This document shows positions 41,241 through 52,560 of a stretch of DNA of 64,000 nt, in pieces (positions within the stretch are counted from its first letter, which is position 1; every line of letters begins with the position of its first letter). The stretch lies in NCBI GenBank assembly GCA_001916005.1, contig MNRP01000055.1, positions 123,298-187,297 on the forward strand, given 5' to 3'. Made by a program: the position numbers and the translations under genes. The DNA is from Clostridium sp. 26_22 (GTDB lineage: Bacteria > Bacillota > Clostridia > TANB77 > CAG-508). The notes beneath the pieces were generated by a model. The model was not told where the DNA came from and searched no databases. It was given only the letters and a program-made list of their open reading frames with translations.

Positions 41241-42161
41241 ATGGAAGAACAAAATAATCCAAAAGTCATTATATGTATGTCAACATATAATGGAGAAAAA
41301 TATGTTAAAGAACAAATAGAAAGCTTATTAAATCAAACCTATAAAAACCTTGAAATTTACGTTAGAGATGATGGCTCAAAAGATAATACAATAAACATAT
41401 TAGAAGAATACAAAAAAAATAACAAAATACATTTTATAAAAGGCAATAATGTAGGTGTTGTAAAAAGCTTTTATGAATGCTTAAAAGAAGCTTATGATAA
41501 TGCAGAATATTTTGCTTATTGTGATCAAGATGACAAATGGCATGAAGATAAAATAGAAAGAGCAATATCAAAATTAAAAAAAGAAAATCAAGAGCAACCA
41601 CTATTATATTTTTCAGAGTTTAACTATTGTGATGAAAATTTAAATTTTGTAAACAAATCAAATTTAAATAAAAAAGGTGCAAGCTTCGAAAATTCAATAG
41701 TAGAATGTATTTCATTTGGAATTGTAGAAGTATTTAATAAAAAATTAGCAACAAAAATATTAGAATCAGGAACAGAAAATATTTGTTTTCACGATTGGTG
41801 GGCATATATGATTTCTGCTGGTCTTGGAAAAGTTATATATGATGATACAGCAACAGTGGAATATAGAAGAACAGGAAGTAATGTAAGCCCTAGCGGAAAA
41901 GCAGGCATAAACTTACAAATATATAGAATCAAAAAATTTGTATTTGGAAAATACTTTAAAAATATAAGATTACAAATTAATAAGTTCCAAAATTTATATA
42001 ACAATGAACTAAAAGAAGAAAATAAAAAAATAGTAAATTTATTTAGTTTAAAATATAACTTTATTAAATCAATAAAAAAAGTATTTTATCATAAAATGTT
42101 TAGACAAAATATTATTGATGAAATATTTTGTAGAATACTATTTTTATTTGGAAGATTATAA
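41241..42161 (+). CDS. Family 2 glycosyltransferase (rhamnosyltransferase-like)
   Basis: VIICMSTYNGEKYVKEQIESLLNQTYKNLEIYVRDDGSKDNT. Confidence 0.75.
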   Translation: MEEQNNPKVIICMSTYNGEKYVKEQIESLLNQTYKNLEIYVRDDGSKDNTINILEEYKKNNKIHFIKGNNVGVVKSFYECLKEAYDNAEYFAYCDQDDKWHEDKIERAISKLKKENQEQPLLYFSEFNYCDENLNFVNKSNLNKKGASFENSIVECISFGIVEVFNKKLATKILESGTENICFHDWWAYMISAGLGKVIYDDTATVEYRRTGSNVSPSGKAGINLQIYRIKKFVFGKYFKNIRLQINKFQNLYNNELKEENKKIVNLFSLKYNFIKSIKKVFYHKMFRQNIIDEIFCRILFLFGRL

Positions 42162-42172
42162 GGAGAATTCAA

Positions 42173-43309
42173 ATGAAAACAATAGCAATTTTTTCAGGAT
42201 ACTATTTACCTCATCTAGGAGGAGTAGAAAGATATACATATAATTTAGCAAAAAAATTAAATAAAATGGGTAATCGTTTAATTATAGTAACTTCAAGATA
42301 TGATAAAAGTTTAAAAGAAATAGAAGAAACAGAATATGCTAAGATATATAGATTGCCAACAGCAAAAATATTTTGTGAAAGATACCCAATAAATATAAAA
42401 AATAAAAGATGTAAAGAATTATTTAAGATGTTAGAAAATGAAAATATTGACTCAGCAATTATTCAAACTAGATTTTGGACAACCTCATATTTTGCATCTA
42501 AATTTATAGCAAAAAATCATATACCGGCATGTTTAATAGAACATGGAAGTACACATTTTACAGTTAATAATAAGATTTTGGACAAATTTGGTGAAATATA
42601 TGAACACAAATTAACAGAAAGCATAAAGAAAAATGTAAAAGATTTTTATGGTGTTTCTAGAAAATGTACCGAATGGTTAAAACACTTTAACATAGAAGCA
42701 AGAGGTGTATTTTATAACTCTATTGACATAGATGAAGTTGAAAAATATAAAGAATATATTAAAAAAAGTCAAGATAAAATCATAATAACATATGTAGGAA
42801 GAATGATAGAAGAAAAAGGTGTTCTAAAGCTAATAGAAGCCTTCAAAAAATTAGAAAAAAAATATAGTAATTTAGAATTAAATCTAGCTGGAGCAGGACC
42901 AATATTAGAAAAAATAGAAACAGAAAACAAAGAAGAAAAAAATATACATATATTAGGCAAAGTATCACATGATGAAGTTTTAAAACTACTTGGAAAAACA
43001 ACAATATTTGTAAATCCATCAGCATTTTCAGAAGGATTACCAACTTCAATATTAGAAGCAGGAATTATGAATTGTGCTGTTGTTGCAACTCCAATGGGAG
43101 GAACAACAGAAATTATTTCTAGTGATGATATAGGCTATATATGTGGATTTGAAACAGATGAAATCTTGGAAAAAATAGAAAAATTAATAAATAACAAAGA
43201 AAAAATAGAAAAATTAAGTATGAATATAAACCAAAAGGTTAAAGAACAATTTTCTTGGGATATTACTGCTAAAAAAATAGCAGAAACAATAAAATATAAA
43301 AAACAATAA
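42173..43309 (+). CDS. GT4 (GT-B fold) glycosyltransferase
   Basis: C-terminal EGLPTSILEAGIMNCAVVATPMGG motif of GT4 retaining transferases. Confidence 0.8.
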   Translation: MKTIAIFSGYYLPHLGGVERYTYNLAKKLNKMGNRLIIVTSRYDKSLKEIEETEYAKIYRLPTAKIFCERYPINIKNKRCKELFKMLENENIDSAIIQTRFWTTSYFASKFIAKNHIPACLIEHGSTHFTVNNKILDKFGEIYEHKLTESIKKNVKDFYGVSRKCTEWLKHFNIEARGVFYNSIDIDEVEKYKEYIKKSQDKIIITYVGRMIEEKGVLKLIEAFKKLEKKYSNLELNLAGAGPILEKIETENKEEKNIHILGKVSHDEVLKLLGKTTIFVNPSAFSEGLPTSILEAGIMNCAVVATPMGGTTEIISSDDIGYICGFETDEILEKIEKLINNKEKIEKLSMNINQKVKEQFSWDITAKKIAETIKYKKQ

Positions 43310-43324
43310 AACAAAGGAGAAAAA

Positions 43325-44548
43325 ATGGTAAAAAAATCGGAAATAATATGGAATACCTTAGGGAGCTTTGTTGAATCCTTACTAAGTGCAGTATTATTAA
43401 TGTTTTGTACAAGACTTAATGGTACAGAGATAGCAGGAATGTTTTCAATAAGTTTTGCAACAGCCACTATTTTAAATGCAATAGGAGATTTTGGAATAAG
43501 AATTTATCAAGTAACTGATACAAACAGAAAATATAAATTTGGTGATTATTTATTAGCAAGAGTATTTGTAGTTATAACAATGGTAATAATAGGAATTCTA
43601 TTTGTTAATATAAGTGGTTATACAGCAGAAAAATTATGGATTTGTATAGCATTAATAATGTTCAAAGTAATAGATAATTTAAGTGAAACATATCAAGGAG
43701 AGTTCCAACTAAGAAATAGACTAGACTTAGGTGGAAAATCTATGGTAATAAGGGTTTCAAGTTCATTAATAGTATTTTTTATAACAGATGTAATAACTAA
43801 AAATGTAATATTTTCTTGCATAACATTTGTTTTAACAAATCTAACATTATTCTTATTATGGGATGTAAGAATTTTGTCAAAATTTCAAAAATTAGAAATA
43901 AAGTATGATAAAAACAATATAAAAGAAATTTTATTAGATTGTTTACCACTTGCAATATCAACTGGTTTAAGTTTATATATTATAAATGCCACAAAATATG
44001 CTATAGACAACTTTGGAGATTATACAATGCAAACATATTTTAATGTAATATATATGCCAACATTTGTAATCAATTTAGTTAGTGCATTTGTAATAAAACC
44101 ATTTTTAAAACCCTTTGGAGATTTATGGAACAGTAAAGAATATCTAAAATTCATAAAATCAATTTCATTAATAATATTAATATTAGCAGGAGCAACAATT
44201 TGTATAGATATAGCCTGTGCATTATTGGGAGTACCAGTATTATCATTTATATATGGAATAGATTTAAGCCCATACAAAATGGAAATGATATTACTTGTGA
44301 TATCAGGATTTTTCTATGCATCAGCAACAGTTATGTTATATGCACTTAGTACAATAAGAAAACAAAAATTAACAACAATAGCATATATTATTACATCAGT
44401 AATAGCTTTAATAGCATCAAATATTTGTGTAAATAAATGGCAAATGAAAGGTGCGATAGTCTCAAATATGATAACTACAGTTACTTTGTTTGTTTTATTA
44501 GTAATCTTCTTTTTGTATGAATTAAAAAAGAGTAAAATGGGAAAATAA
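43325..44548 (+). CDS. Wzx-like oligosaccharide flippase (polysaccharide biosynthesis protein family)
   Basis: 407 aa, ~12 TM helices, N-terminal LGSFVESLLSAVLLMF pattern. Confidence 0.65.
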   Translation: MVKKSEIIWNTLGSFVESLLSAVLLMFCTRLNGTEIAGMFSISFATATILNAIGDFGIRIYQVTDTNRKYKFGDYLLARVFVVITMVIIGILFVNISGYTAEKLWICIALIMFKVIDNLSETYQGEFQLRNRLDLGGKSMVIRVSSSLIVFFITDVITKNVIFSCITFVLTNLTLFLLWDVRILSKFQKLEIKYDKNNIKEILLDCLPLAISTGLSLYIINATKYAIDNFGDYTMQTYFNVIYMPTFVINLVSAFVIKPFLKPFGDLWNSKEYLKFIKSISLIILILAGATICIDIACALLGVPVLSFIYGIDLSPYKMEMILLVISGFFYASATVMLYALSTIRKQKLTTIAYIITSVIALIASNICVNKWQMKGAIVSNMITTVTLFVLLVIFFLYELKKSKMGK

Positions 44549-44640
44549 GGAAATTGCTATAAAATGATAAAAAACTATTGATAAAAATCAAAAAATAAAC
44601 TAAAATTAACATAAATGAATTATGTTGGAGGTAAAGCAAA

Positions 44641-46837
44641 AATGAAAAAAAAATCTTTAATAGTAATAATTATATTTATTATAATTAATATATTTTCTAC
44701 ATTAGTATATGCAAATAATGAAAATACAAGCAATAAAACAAAAAATGTGCAATCTAAGAACATATCAAAAGAAAATACTGCAATAAATAATAGTTTAGTG
44801 AAAAATAATACTAATACAAATAATAGTATAGCTAATACAACAAACAATACTACTAACACTATGACAAATAATGTAATAAAAAAAGATAATACAATAAAAA
44901 ACAGTACTACTAATAGTATAAACAATACAACAAGTGAAAAAAATACTACTATAAATAAAAATAATACAACTAATAAAGCGGCAACTGAACAAATCCAAGT
45001 AGAATCAGATAATTCTAAAGCAAGAGCAGTTGTTAGTAATGGAATTCAATATAGAACGCATGTACAAAATATAGGATGGCAAAACTATACAGAAAATAGC
45101 AAAACAGCAGGAACTGAAGGGAAAAGTTTAAGATTAGAAGCAATAAATATAAAATTAGTAGGAGATATAGCATCAAACGTAAAAGTAAAATATCAAGTGC
45201 ATGTTCAAAACATAGGATGGCAAGGTTGGAAACAAAACAATGAAATGTCAGGTACACAAAACCAAAGTTTAAGATTAGAAGCAATAAAAATAAAACTAGA
45301 AACTTCTGATAATTATTCTGTAATGTATAGAGTTCATGTTCAAAATATAGGCTGGCAAGAATGGAAAACAGATGGTGAAATAGCTGGTACAGAAGGAAAA
45401 TCCTTAAGACTAGAAGCTATACAAATAAAAATAGTACCAAAGGTAAAAAAAGCATTAATTAACCTTGATACCGCATATGATAATTCAGTTTATTATAGTC
45501 CTTCAACAATAAAAGTATCTGGATGGAAGATGTCAAATGTTTCTAATACAAAAATCAAGGCATATATTGACAATAGCACAACACCATTAGCAGATAATCA
45601 AATTACATATAAAAAAAGAGATGATGTTATCTCTGCTATAAAAGGCTATGGAACATCAGTTGAAAATGAAAAACCAGGCTTTGAATTTAATATTAATGCA
45701 ACAAATTTGAAAAACGGAACACATACAATAAAAATAGTTGTATGCACAAAAAATGATGAAAAAATTAAAGAAATAACTTCAAAGATAAAAATAGATAGAG
45801 ATTTACATGTGCAATATAAAACACATGTCCAAAATGTGGGATGGCAAGGAAATACTTTAGATGGAAAGACAGCAGGAACAGAAGGAAGATCATTAAGAAT
45901 AGAAGCAATAAATATAAATTTAATCAATGCACCAACAAATGCAGGTATTATATACAGAACTCATGTCCAGAATATAGGGTGGCAAGCTTGGAAATCAAAT
46001 GGACAAATGGCAGGAACTTCAGGACAATCTTTAAGAGTGGAAGCAATTGAGATAAAATTACAAAATATGGCAAAATATACAGTAGAATACCAAGTACATA
46101 TTCAAGATTATGGATGGAGTAGCTGGTATATAGATGGAGAAACAGCAGGAACAGTTGGACAAGGAAGAAGAATTGAAGCAATCAGAATTAGAATTGTACC
46201 TAAATATAAAAGAAGCTATAAAGGAATAGATGTTAGTGAATTTAATCATAGTATAAATTGGGCATTAGTAAAAAGAAGCGGAGTAGAATTTGCAATGATT
46301 AGAGTTGGTTATAGAGGCTATGGTACAGAAGGAAACTTTAAAGAAGATGCAAATTTTAGAATCAATATAGAATCAGCAAAAAAAGCAGGTGTACCAGTAG
46401 GAATATATTTCGTAACACAAGCTACAAATAAAGAAGAAGCAATAGAAGAAGCAAATTGGGTTATAAACAAACTTAAAGGTTATAGTATAAACTACCCAGT
46501 TGCTATAGATATAGAAAGGTCAACGAAACCTAATGGTTCAGGAAGAGCAGATGACTTGGATAAAAATACACGTACATATTTAGCAAAAACATTTTGCCAA
46601 ACAATTCAATCTTCTGGTTATACACCTATAATCTATACAAATGTTGAATGGGCAACAAACAAACTTGATATGTCTCAATTATCAGCATATGATACTTGGA
46701 TTGCAAGTTATAAAGAAAGTATACAATCTGGACCAGGGTATAATGGAAAATACTCAATGTGGCAGTATACAAGTTCAGGAAAAGTAGATGGAATACTTGG
46801 AAATGTTGATTTGAATATTTGTTATAAAAAATACTAA
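44641..46837 (+). CDS. Secreted ChW-repeat GH25 muramidase (lysozyme/autolysin)
   Basis: Signal peptide. Asn/Thr-rich linker. Six ChW repeats (YRTHVQNIGWQ...AGTEGKSLRLEAI). C-terminal GH25 domain GIDVSEFNHSINWALVKRSGVEFAMIRVGYRGYG...GVPVGIYFV. Own promoter TTGATA-N17-TAAAAT at ~44570. Confidence 0.85.
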
Positions 46838-46852
46838 TGAAAGGAAAACAAA

Positions 46853-47287
46853 ATGAAAAAAATAAAAGAATTATATTTAAAATATAAAGAAATTATAAAT
46901 TATTTAATATTTGGTGTATTAACTACATTAGTATCCTTAATAGTATATTATTTATTAGTATTTACATTTTTAAATCCATCAAACCCTATTGAGCTACAAA
47001 TTGCAAATATATTATCTTGGGTAGCAGGAGTAGCATTTGCATATTTTACAAACAGAAAATTTGTATTTGAAAGTAAAGAAAAAAATAAGATAAAAGAAGC
47101 TAGTAAGTTTGTAACAGCAAGAATAGTTACACTTATAATGGATATGTTGATTATGTGGATTGGTGTAACAATATTACATGGAAACGATAAAATAATGAAA
47201 TTATTATCACAAGTGATAGTAATCGTATCAAATTATTTGTTTAGCAAATTAATAGTATTCAAGGAAAAAGAAAAAAATGAAAAATAA
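46853..47287 (+). CDS. gtrA: GtrA-family membrane protein (small flippase-like component)
   Basis: 144 aa, four TM helices, motif AYFTNRKFVF. Confidence 0.75.
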   Translation: MKKIKELYLKYKEIINYLIFGVLTTLVSLIVYYLLVFTFLNPSNPIELQIANILSWVAGVAFAYFTNRKFVFESKEKNKIKEASKFVTARIVTLIMDMLIMWIGVTILHGNDKIMKLLSQVIVIVSNYLFSKLIVFKEKEKNEK

Positions 47288-48866
47288 AATTAGAGATTTT
47301 ATATTAAAAACAATTGCAGTAATATTTTCAATATTATTTGCAATTGTATTATTTAATACAATATTTTTTAATAAAACAATTGGAATAAATTATAAAATAC
47401 CAGTAATTATAATTTTTACGATAATAGTATATGGAATAATCTTATTTTTGTATTATATATATACAAAAAAAGAAATGAAATTCTTAGATTATTCACCAAA
47501 AAAAATATATTATTTTATTTTTATTGCTATAATTTTTATAGTTCAATTTATTATAGCAAAACTTGTATATGGCGAATATGGATGGGACTGTGGAGAAATA
47601 ATAAAAGATAGTTATTTATTCACAAATAATGGATATTTTAATTTTCCATATTATGCACAGTATCCTAATAACATAGGAATATTTTTAATAATAAATAAAG
47701 TTTTGGAAATTTCTAAAAATTTTATAGATATAAAAATAATAGAAAATTGTTTCTTATCTTCAATTGTATTTAATATAATAATGGTAGATTTAGCTTCACT
47801 TTTTACATTTTTAACAATAAAAAAAGTGAGCGGAAATAAAAGTGCATATCTTTCGTTAATGTTTATATTACCATTAATGATATTTTCACCATATATAAAT
47901 ATACCTTATACAGATACAATATCAATAATGTTTCCAATATTAATTCTGTATATATATATATGTATAAAAGAATTGCCAAAAGAAAAATTCCAAAAATATC
48001 TTCTGGCATTATTAATGGGAATTGTAACAGTAGTTGGAACGTTATTAAAGCCAACAGTAATAATTATGCCAATAGCAATTTTTATAATATCAATTTTAAA
48101 TATAAATAAAGTCGGATTGAAAAATATTGCATATACATTAATATTATGTGTGTTTTTTATAGTAGGTGTAGGATTTTCATATCTTGGATATAGTGTTCAA
48201 AAAGAAAAATTTTTTAATGAATTAATATCAGAAGAAATGTCTTATGATTTAGAAATATCATATATGCATTTTTTAATGATGGGAATGCAAGAAAAACCAA
48301 ATGATACAAAAGAAGACGGGAAAAACCAAACACTATACGGAGCATATAATGGAACAGATGTTGAAAATACAAATTCAATAAAAGGCTACAAAGAAAAACA
48401 AAATTATAATTTAAAAATAGTAAAAGAGAGATTAAAAGGTTTTGGAATAGTTGGATATATTAAATTTTTATATAATAAAGCTAATTGGATATTATCTGAT
48501 GGAACATTTTATTATGGTTATGAAGGAACTTGGCTAGTAAATGGTTATAGCAATAAAAGTGAACCAGCAAAAAGAATACAAAAATTTATAACAGTTACTA
48601 CTAAAGAATATAAAAATATAACAGCTAATATAATGCAAATAGCTTGGATAATTATTTCTATTGGTCTAGTATTTTCAATTAGTAAAGAAAAAAATGAGTA
48701 TATAGATATAGGAAAATTAGCTATAATTGGAATGGTACTATTTTTATTATTATTTGAAGGAAGAGCAAGATATTTAATTAATCATATTCCAATATTTATA
48801 CTTGTTGGAACATATGGCTTGAAAAATAGTTTGAATAAAATACTATTGACATTAGAACATAAATAA
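47277..48866 (+). CDS. Polytopic membrane glycosyltransferase-like protein (GT-C-like, GtrC-equivalent candidate)
   Basis: 529 aa with more than 10 TM helices. Position between gtrA and the gtrB homologue. Confidence 0.45.
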   Translation: MKNKIRDFILKTIAVIFSILFAIVLFNTIFFNKTIGINYKIPVIIIFTIIVYGIILFLYYIYTKKEMKFLDYSPKKIYYFIFIAIIFIVQFIIAKLVYGEYGWDCGEIIKDSYLFTNNGYFNFPYYAQYPNNIGIFLIINKVLEISKNFIDIKIIENCFLSSIVFNIIMVDLASLFTFLTIKKVSGNKSAYLSLMFILPLMIFSPYINIPYTDTISIMFPILILYIYICIKELPKEKFQKYLLALLMGIVTVVGTLLKPTVIIMPIAIFIISILNINKVGLKNIAYTLILCVFFIVGVGFSYLGYSVQKEKFFNELISEEMSYDLEISYMHFLMMGMQEKPNDTKEDGKNQTLYGAYNGTDVENTNSIKGYKEKQNYNLKIVKERLKGFGIVGYIKFLYNKANWILSDGTFYYGYEGTWLVNGYSNKSEPAKRIQKFITVTTKEYKNITANIMQIAWIIISIGLVFSISKEKNEYIDIGKLAIIGMVLFLLLFEGRARYLINHIPIFILVGTYGLKNSLNKILLTLEHK

Positions 48867-48903
48867 ATTAGAATTTTATTAATAATGAAAAAGGAGAATA
48901 AAA

Positions 48904-49842
48904 ATGGAAAAGAAAAAAGTAACACTTGTAATACCAATGTATTATGAAGAAAAAGTTGTTGAAGAATGTTACAAAAGAGTAAAAAGCAATTTAGAAAAAC
49001 TTACAAACTATGAACATGAAATAATATTTGTAAATGATGGTAGTAAAGATAAAACATTAGAACTATTAGAAAAAATAGCTGAAAATGATAAATGTGTTAA
49101 AATAGTATCTTTTTCAAGAAACTTTGGACATCAAGCAGCAGTTACAGCTGGTTTACAATATGTAACAGGTGATGCAATAGTAATAATGGATGCCGATTTA
49201 CAAGACCCACCAGAATTAATTCCAGATATGCTAAAATTATGGGAAGAAGGAAATGAAGTAATATATGGAAAAAGAAAATCAAGAGATGGTGAAAGTGCAT
49301 TCAAACTATTAACAGCAAAAATGTTCTACAAAACACTAAATGCACTATCAGATGTAGAAATCCCAAAAGATACAGGAGACTTTAGATTAGTAGATAGAAA
49401 AGTAGTAGACACAATAAACACATTACCAGAACACAATAAATTCTTAAGAGGTCTATTTAGCTGGGTAGGTTACAAACAAAAAGCCTTTGAATATGAAAGA
49501 AAAGAAAGATTTGCAGGAGAAACAAAATACCCATTAAAGAAAATGCTAAAATTAGCATCTGATGGAATAATAAGTTTTTCAACAAAGCCATTAAAACTAA
49601 TAGGAATATTGGGTGGAGTTTGTATAGCAATATCATTAATATTATTAATATATATAATAGTAAATGCTATTGGAAAATTTAATTATTTATCAGTTGCATG
49701 GCCAATTATAACAGCAGTAACATTCTTCTCAGGAGTGCAATTAATGACAACATGGATTATATCAGAATATATAGGAAGAATTTATGATGAAAGCAAAAAA
49801 AGACCACAATATATAGTTGATAAAAAAATAAATATAGAATAA
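48904..49842 (+). CDS. gtrB: Polyprenyl-phosphate glycosyltransferase, GtrB/CsbB family (GT2)
   Basis: VIPMYYEEKVVEECYKRV, FVNDGSKDKT, IVIMDADLQDPPELIPDM. Two C-terminal TM helices. Confidence 0.8.
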   Translation: MEKKKVTLVIPMYYEEKVVEECYKRVKSNLEKLTNYEHEIIFVNDGSKDKTLELLEKIAENDKCVKIVSFSRNFGHQAAVTAGLQYVTGDAIVIMDADLQDPPELIPDMLKLWEEGNEVIYGKRKSRDGESAFKLLTAKMFYKTLNALSDVEIPKDTGDFRLVDRKVVDTINTLPEHNKFLRGLFSWVGYKQKAFEYERKERFAGETKYPLKKMLKLASDGIISFSTKPLKLIGILGGVCIAISLILLIYIIVNAIGKFNYLSVAWPIITAVTFFSGVQLMTTWIISEYIGRIYDESKKRPQYIVDKKINIE

Positions 49843-49855
49843 AGGAAAACAAAAG

Positions 49856-51530
49856 ATGAAAAATAGAAAAATTAGTGCTTTAGAAGCAGCAGTTATTTTA
49901 ATATTAAGTTTATGCCTATTAATTTATGAGTTAGGATTTTGTAACTGGAATGCATTGGCAAATAAGACCTATAATTTTTCTTTGTTTAGAACAATTATAT
50001 ATATTATTTGTATAGTTTTATATAGTAAATTTTCAAAAAGTTTTATAGAAGAAGCGGAAAAAATAATAAAATATAAGAAAAAATTGATAATAGTATATTC
50101 AATTATTGCAACAATTTTTACTATATATGAATTATTTTCTCATAAAAACATATATTCAATAATTCTAATGCTATTAGTAGAATTAAATGGGATGTTATTT
50201 ATATTATGTGTTACAAAAGATTATATAAAAAATATAGTTTTAAGTATAATAACATTTGGTTTCCTATTCTCAATTACAACTACAGTGTATCATATTGTAG
50301 ATGAGAAAAGACATTTTTTATCTGCTTTAAACATAGCTGATGGCAATTTTAATTATATGAATAAACCAATAACAGATGGTGCATTTCATAATATAGAATT
50401 TAATAATCCATCAATAAACTTAGCGATAGATTATTTCGGAGAAAAATATAAAGAAAATAAATACGAAATTCCGGAAAACGAAGAAGTATATTCAACTCCA
50501 ACAGATACATCACCAATACTATATATACCAAGTGTTATAGGAATAAATCTAGCAAGGATATTAGGACGGAAGTGTAGCTGATATATTTATAGCGGGTAGA
50601 ATATCAAATGTAATTTGTTATGGAATATTGTTAATAATCATATTTAAATTATTGAAATTCAAGCAAGACATATTTTACTGTTCATATTTAATGCCTATAG
50701 CAATTATATTAGGAGCATCATATTCTATCGATGCATTAACAATTGGAATAATAGGTATTTTTATTGCATATGTGTTAAAACTAAACATGGAAAATAAAGA
50801 AACAATAACATTTAGGCAATTTTTAATATTATTAGGATTAATGGTGTTATGCTTGTTATGTAAAAATGGAGCATATTTTGGAATATGTACGTTAATATTT
50901 TTATTGCCAATAATGAAAAGCATAAAAAAAGATAAAAAAATTCTATGTACAGTAATTATAATTATTATGTTAGCATTAGGATTTGGAATGTATGAAGGAA
51001 TAAAAATATCAACAAATTCTCAGGGAGATTCAAGAGTTGATGGAACTAGTCCAATAAAACAAATAGAATTTTTATTAGAAAAACCAAGCAATATATTAAC
51101 AGTATATATAAATTATATTCGCTCATCAATATTTAATTTAAATTGGTATACAGGATTTAATTTAAAAGTATTTTGCGGACCATATTATAGTATAATAGCA
51201 TATATATTATTTGTTTTTGTATTATATAAATCTATAACAGATAATACATATGTATTTAATAAAAAAGAAAAAATAATAATGTTTGGTACATTCGGAATAA
51301 CATTTTTATTAACAACATTTGCATTTTATTTATTAGTAACACCAGCAAGAGCATTATCAATAAATGGTTATCAAGCACGATACTTAATTGCAATCTTACC
51401 ATTGATATTAGTTAATATAAATAGCAAAAAGATATCAACAGATTATAGAGATACAAATGAATATAGTAAAACAGCATTATATATAGGAATATTGACAATA
51501 ATAGATTTATTATCAAAAATTGGTATATAA
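49856..51530 (+). pseudogene. Polytopic membrane protein (DUF2142/GT-C-like) split by a +1 frameshift near 50562-50582 into ORFs 49856-50581 and 50565-51530
   Basis: Second ORF is open upstream to 50565 and overlaps the first. It has only a TTG start at 50628 and no ribosome-binding site. Both halves are polytopic. Confidence 0.45.
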
Positions 51531-51535
51531 AAAGA

Positions 51536-51580
51536 AAAAAGTACAAGAAAAAACTTGTACTTTTTTCTTTTTAGTGATAT
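51536..51580 (+). terminator. Rho-independent terminator (stem AGTACAAG / CTTGTACT, T-run)
   Basis: Same stem sequence as the terminator at 25812-25850. Confidence 0.55.
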
Positions 51581-51617
51581 TATAATGACTGAAATTAAAG
51601 GAAAGAAGGAATAACAT

Positions 51618-52484
51618 ATGAAAATACTTATAACAGGTGCAAATGGAATGCTTGCAAAAGAAGTAAAAGAAAAATTTGCAAAAGGAAATGATATCACTGC
51701 AACAGACGTTTCAGAACTAGATATAACAGATGAAAAAGCAGTATTTGAATTTATAAAAAACTTAAAACCAGATTATATAATAAACTGTGCAGCATTTACA
51801 GCAGTTGACAAAGCAGAAGAATGTTATGAATTAGCAGATAAAATAAATGGAGATGGACCAACAAACTTAGCAAAAGCTGCCAAAGCTTCAGGAAGTAAAT
51901 TAGTACACATATCAACAGACTATGTCTTTGGAGGAAATCTAGATTTATCAAAAGATTATAAAGAAGATGATAAAAAAGAACCAGTAACAGTATATGGAAA
52001 AACAAAATTACACGGAGAACAAGGAATAGAAAACAATATGGATGAATACTACATATTTAGAACAGCATGGTTATATGGAGTAGGAGGAAACAATTTTGTA
52101 AAAACAATGACAAAATTAGGCTCAACAAGAGATGAAATAAATGTAGTATCAGACCAACACGGAAGCCCAACATATGCAAAAGACTTAACAGAAATAATAT
52201 ATCAAGCAATAGAAAAACAAATACCATACGGAATATACAATGCAACAAACGAAGGTTACACAACATGGTATGACTTTACAAAAGAAATCCTAAAAGAACA
52301 AGGAATCGAATGCAAAGTAAATCCAGTAACAACAGAAGAATATATAGAAATGATGAAAGTAACACAAGCTAAAAGACCATTTAACTCACAAATGTCAAAA
52401 GAAAAACTTGAAAAATGTGGAATAAAAGTTCCAGATTGGAAAGATGGATTAAGAAGATATTTAGCAGAAGAAAGATGTCAATAG
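51618..52484 (+). CDS. rfbD: dTDP-4-dehydrorhamnose reductase
   Basis: MKILITGANGMLA Rossmann start, YxxxK catalytic motif, C-terminal synteny with rfbA, rfbC and rfbB. Confidence 0.85.
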   Translation: MKILITGANGMLAKEVKEKFAKGNDITATDVSELDITDEKAVFEFIKNLKPDYIINCAAFTAVDKAEECYELADKINGDGPTNLAKAAKASGSKLVHISTDYVFGGNLDLSKDYKEDDKKEPVTVYGKTKLHGEQGIENNMDEYYIFRTAWLYGVGGNNFVKTMTKLGSTRDEINVVSDQHGSPTYAKDLTEIIYQAIEKQIPYGIYNATNEGYTTWYDFTKEILKEQGIECKVNPVTTEEYIEMMKVTQAKRPFNSQMSKEKLEKCGIKVPDWKDGLRRYLAEERCQ

Positions 52485-52487
52485 GGA

Positions 52488-52507
52488 CGCCCTTTTTTGA
52501 CATTTCA
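52488..52507. repeat. Copy of the palindromic repeat unit (GGGACGCCCTTTTTTGACA) between rfbD and rfbA
   Basis: Exact reverse-complement of the unit at 19366. Confidence 0.6.
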
Positions 52508-52560
52508 AGTTAGACAAAGTGTCGATGGGGGCAACCTCATTGGACAGTAAGGAGGAAATA

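Noticed and set aside
44615-46837. Tandem repeats in the ChW lysozyme gene considered as a possible DNA-level repeat array or CRISPR
   Set aside because: The repeats are ~150-bp imperfect coding repeats (ChW protein modules) without unique spacers. No CRISPR-like short direct repeats anywhere in the window.
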